Shown here one piece after another: positions 61,134 to 64,000 of a stretch of DNA of 64,000 nt (positions are counted from its first letter, which is position 1; each line of letters begins with the position of its first letter). Under the pieces are notes generated by a model that was not told the DNA's origin, searched no databases, and saw only the letters and a list, made by a program, of their open reading frames with translations. The DNA is from Cyanophora paradoxa CCMP329. Lineage: Eukaryota; Plantae; Glaucophyta. The position numbers and the translations under genes are program-made. The DNA is taken from assembly GCA_004431415.1 (NCBI GenBank), contig QPMI01000594.1:1-64000 (forward strand), in the 5' to 3' direction.

Positions 61134-61166
61134 ATGAACGTCTTAAATGGCGTCATTATTTTTTAA

Positions 61167-61550
61167 ATGGAACTCGAATTCGAAACGTTAGAGGAAGAGT
61201 TGGATCTTCAAAATCCATGGCCTGGTAGGACTCAACTCTCACCAAGTCACTGCATCAGCTTCGGCATTTTCAAGGGCGCAAGCTATCTGTGGATCGCATC
61301 AGCACGTCCAGAATATACCGCTTGGTTGCTCAGACAGTCTTGGCTACCGGCTTTTGATCGCGCTGCTTTTTTACGCGCACAAAGCGCAATAGAGCCGAAG
61401 TCGTTCCAGAAGCTTTGTCAACAGAATAGACGCGGTCCGCGGTCGCGGCTTCATAAACAAGGACCTGAAACGAATGATTCAATTCAACGAAAAGACGCAT
61501 TAGATCTGCTCGAGTCGCTCCGCCATTGTATTCGTCAAAAACGCAGTTGA
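61167..61550 (+). CDS. Small protein with a DUF3820/ExoX-C-terminal-like FGxxKG...PxYxxWL motif
   Basis: ISFGIFKGASYLWIASARPEYTAWLL; ATG preceded by an AT-rich tract; 3' half overlaps the ATPase antisense. Confidence 0.5.
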   Translation: MELEFETLEEELDLQNPWPGRTQLSPSHCISFGIFKGASYLWIASARPEYTAWLLRQSWLPAFDRAAFLRAQSAIEPKSFQKLCQQNRRGPRSRLHKQGPETNDSIQRKDALDLLESLRHCIRQKRS

Positions 61551-62034
61551 ACTCTTTGACATTCGAGAGGATCGACGAAAAGCATACATATTCGCAATTA
61601 CGCCGAATCGTAGGACTGATTCCACAAAGACGTTGAGTGGTTATAAAAAGGCTGATGTTATAATGACGCCCACTAGTAAAAAGCTTTTGCATTAATCGGT
61701 CGCTGTGGACGTTCACAAGGTCATTATCGAGCAAATCATCTAGAACGATTGCAATCTTGCGCTCATCTTTCTTGCGTCGTCTTTCTTTTTGTCGCTCTAG
61801 AAGACGCTCAACCAAAACTGAATCCCATTCTTCCTGGATATTGCTTGAGTGAGTCGTGTCGTTCCACTGTTCTGTAAATGCTGTTGTGCTGAAGACGTAA
61901 ATATCGTCTAGCTGCGGAGCTACTGCATTTAATACATGTTTAACGTAGGTGCTTTTGCCCGAGTTGGTGGGGCCGACAAACAAGAACCGTTTAGGCAGTT
62001 TTATTTCTGTAGGATCAAACAGTTTGATATCCAT
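61330..62034 (-). CDS. A32/FtsK-like genome packaging ATPase
   Basis: Walker A GPTNSGKST, Walker B IAIVLDD, signature GRHYNISLFITTQ, IRRN. Confidence 0.93.
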   Translation of the reverse strand: MDIKLFDPTEIKLPKRFLFVGPTNSGKSTYVKHVLNAVAPQLDDIYVFSTTAFTEQWNDTTHSSNIQEEWDSVLVERLLERQKERRRKKDERKIAIVLDDLLDNDLVNVHSDRLMQKLFTSGRHYNISLFITTQRLCGISPTIRRNCEYVCFSSILSNVKEFNCVFDEYNGGATRADLMRLFVELNHSFQVLVYEAATADRVYSVDKASGTTSALLRFVRVKKQRDQKPVAKTV

Positions 62035-63225
62035 CTAGAAGTTACTTACCTTTAGAGTTGACATTTGATACGAGTTAATTACGAGAACATTGTGGCGCAG
62101 GACGTGGAAGTCGACAACTGCTGGCGCTGCGTTTGTGCAGCCGGTTACAGTTAGCGAGCAGTAGCTGCTGCTGGAATTAAAGAAGTCTGTGTAGCCGAGG
62201 ACAGCGTTATGCAGTGAGTCTTTGCCAGATTTCGAAAGCACAATCCCATAGACATTTCCGTCCTCGAAGCCAAGGGCTGAATTACCAGTGGTTGCACCGC
62301 GGTATTGAGTTGGAATGTGATAGCACGATGATACAAACCCAGAGATTGGCTTATTGCTGATGTCGAGAGTTCGGTTGTTGTGCATGATCTCAAACGAATC
62401 GATTTTCAGCGCATTTCCGTTGCCAGCAAATGAATTGTGATTGCGAGTGCCCAGGTGATTCGCATTACGCACTGTCATCAGGATCGCGTGCACAAGGCCG
62501 CTGACGTTGGCAAGGGAGATTTCGACTGCATTCCCCGCGTCGTCAGTCTTTAACTGCCTCGAGCGCTTTGAAATAATCTCGGTGAAAGGAATTCGAATAC
62601 CACCGCTCTCGTTTGCAGATTTAAGCATAGACTCAGCCTCTTCGCTAGGGATATTCACGAACTGGCAAACCAGGGCACAATCCGTTAGAGTTGCAACAGC
62701 ACTAGCGACAGTTCCAACCACGCCAGCCGAACGGAAGTCAATTTCGACGGTTGGCATGTCAGCCAGTGCGAGCAGCGGGAAGTACGAATTGTCCCAGAGC
62801 TGGGAGGGGATCTTTAGTACGTACTCGCGACTCGCATCGAGAATCTCAAGAGCCGCGTCCTTTCCAAAGCCGTAGCTGCTAGCAAAAGCCTGGGCGGATG
62901 CAACGCTATTATCGATGAGCGCGTTCACAGTAAGCCAGTCTCCGGGGATCACCATCTTGAAGGATCCATGGACAAAGCGCACGTTTTCAATAAATGCACC
63001 TGCGCCATTCGGCAGCACTGAGGCAGCCGCTCCGCCAGCGACGCTGACCTTAAAGTATAGCGAGACACCGTTTAGAAGCTGCTTGCGCGGAAGGTCGAAA
63101 GCGGCAGTCTGCGCAAAGCCGTACGAGTTGCCTCGCGGACGGATCGTTTCAAGGAAAGGCTTGAACTTGGGGCTGACACCGACAGTGAACACATATTGAA
63201 AAACGAATTTAAATCCCTCGTTCAT
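62035..63225 (-). CDS. Double jelly-roll major capsid protein (N-terminus uncertain)
   Basis: FAQTAAFDLPR..LLNGVSLYF...FIENVRF...GDWL...LKIP...FPLLAL...VEIDF resembles NCLDV/PLV capsid motifs; about 400 aa, beta-rich, adjacent to the ATPase. The first in-frame ATG is at 63225 (the track start at 63276 is TTG). Confidence 0.8.
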   Translation of the reverse strand: MNEGFKFVFQYVFTVGVSPKFKPFLETIRPRGNSYGFAQTAAFDLPRKQLLNGVSLYFKVSVAGGAAASVLPNGAGAFIENVRFVHGSFKMVIPGDWLTVNALIDNSVASAQAFASSYGFGKDAALEILDASREYVLKIPSQLWDNSYFPLLALADMPTVEIDFRSAGVVGTVASAVATLTDCALVCQFVNIPSEEAESMLKSANESGGIRIPFTEIISKRSRQLKTDDAGNAVEISLANVSGLVHAILMTVRNANHLGTRNHNSFAGNGNALKIDSFEIMHNNRTLDISNKPISGFVSSCYHIPTQYRGATTGNSALGFEDGNVYGIVLSKSGKDSLHNAVLGYTDFFNSSSSYCSLTVTGCTNAAPAVVDFHVLRHNVLVINSYQMSTLKVSNF

Positions 63226-63284
63226 CTCGATCGCTTCGCGATCTCGATTCACTCTGGATTTAAATTCGTTTTTCAATATGTGTT
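63188..63284. repeat. Perfect 29-bp inverted repeat with 39-bp spacer
   Basis: AACACATATTGAAAAACGAATTTAAATCC (63188-63216) / GGATTTAAATTCGTTTTTCAATATGTGTT (63256-63284). Confidence 0.95.
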
Positions 63285-63560
63285 AATTTAACTACTAAAA
63301 TACATATTTATCGATTAATTTCTTTAACTTTTTATGCAAACTTTGTATAAATTAATGCAAACTTTGTATTAAAAATGATAAACGCGTTTAATTTAATGCA
63401 TATTCACGATTGATTCGATCGATATTATATCGATATATTATGTTCTTTGTCGATTACATATATAACTTCGATTGATTAACATTAAACTACTTAAAGAACG
63501 ATATAATCGCGATTAATTCGCATAAATTCGCATAAATTCGCATAAACTCGATATATCTCT
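63285..63560. repeat. AT-rich region with short direct repeats
   Basis: ATGCAAACTTTGTAT x2 (63335, 63356); AATTCGCATA x3 (63515-63544); many ATCGAT/TCGATT words. Confidence 0.8.
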
Positions 63561-63604
63561 CTGGTATTGAAGTAGACCACCGCCCATTCTGTATCGAAAA
63601 ACGC

Positions 63605-64000
63605 AAAAAGTGTCACAGAGTTGCATCATGTCCAATTAAACAATCGATGGAATTGCGGATTTACATTTTTGCACCGAAAAAGTGTCACAGAGTTGCATTA
63701 TGTCCAATTAAACAATCGATCAGATTGCGGGATTTTCTATTGGAATATATCGGAACTGCATCACGTCCAATTAAACAATCGATGGAATTGCGGATTTACA
63801 TTTTTGCACCGAAAAAGTGTCACAGAGTTGCATCATGTCCAATTAAACAATCGATGGAATTGCGGATTTACATTTTTGCACCGAAAAAGTGTCACAGAGT
63901 TGCATTATGTCCAATTAAACAATCGATCAGATTGCGGGATTTTCTATTGGAATATATCGGAACTGCATCACGTCCAATTAAACAATCGATGGAATTGCGG
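63605..64000. repeat. Higher-order tandem array (72/63/72/72/63-bp units; 207-bp period), truncated by the window end
   Basis: Core TCCAATTAAACAATCGAT at 63631, 63703, 63766, 63838, 63910 and 63973. Confidence 0.95.

Larger units (their letters stand above)
54855..64000. mobile_element. Endogenous Polinton/Maverick-like virus (boundaries approximate; may extend beyond the window)
   Basis: Abrupt GC drop near 54855; intronless, tightly packed pPolB, RVE integrase, A32 ATPase and DJR capsid genes; no TIR or TSD identified within the window. Confidence 0.9.

Noticed and set aside
63605-64000. CRISPR array (about 37-bp core separated by 26-35-bp linkers)
   Set aside because: Only two linker sequences recur periodically, the cores vary, there are no cas genes, and the context is eukaryotic/viral. 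It is a higher-order tandem repeat.
1-64000. Host assignment (e.g. a glaucophyte such as Cyanophora) and tRNA/rRNA genes
   Set aside because: Intron style and GC content are only loosely suggestive of a host and need a database search; no structured RNA gene was recognised.

Overview
This is GC-rich eukaryotic (protist) nuclear DNA with dense short spliceosomal introns (GT/GC...YAG, branch motif near GCTGAC), so most entries in the ORF track are spurious. It has four parts. (1) 1-2750: non-coding or degenerate low-complexity DNA built from palindromic micro-motifs. (2) About 2753-35053 (+): one giant intron-rich gene for a polycystin-like cell-surface protein. It carries FN3, REJ, a 12.4-kb in-frame A-B-A'-B-A' FN3 array with a 5457-bp period, Kelch, Kre9/Knh1-like Ig, PKD-like and vWA domains, and ends in a Flc/Pkd2-type TRP-like multi-TM domain. 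My rough size estimate is 8,000-9,000 aa, and its 5' end is not visible. (3) 35950-53296 (+): an intron-rich CEP350-like centriolar coiled-coil gene whose introns are CTAG-rich. (4) About 54855-64000: an intronless, lower-GC endogenous Polinton/Maverick-like virus. It encodes pPolB with an EndoVII insert, an RVE integrase with a D-D-D triad, an AT-hook protein, an HNH-AP2 endonuclease, a small ORF, an A32-type packaging ATPase and a double-jelly-roll capsid. A perfect 29-bp inverted repeat encloses the capsid ATG, and a 207-bp higher-order repeat array runs off the window end. Two frameshifts (9340, 57770) fall in homopolymers and are probably sequencing indels. The host cannot be identified from this sequence. 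All domain calls come from motif recognition by eye, not from database searches.
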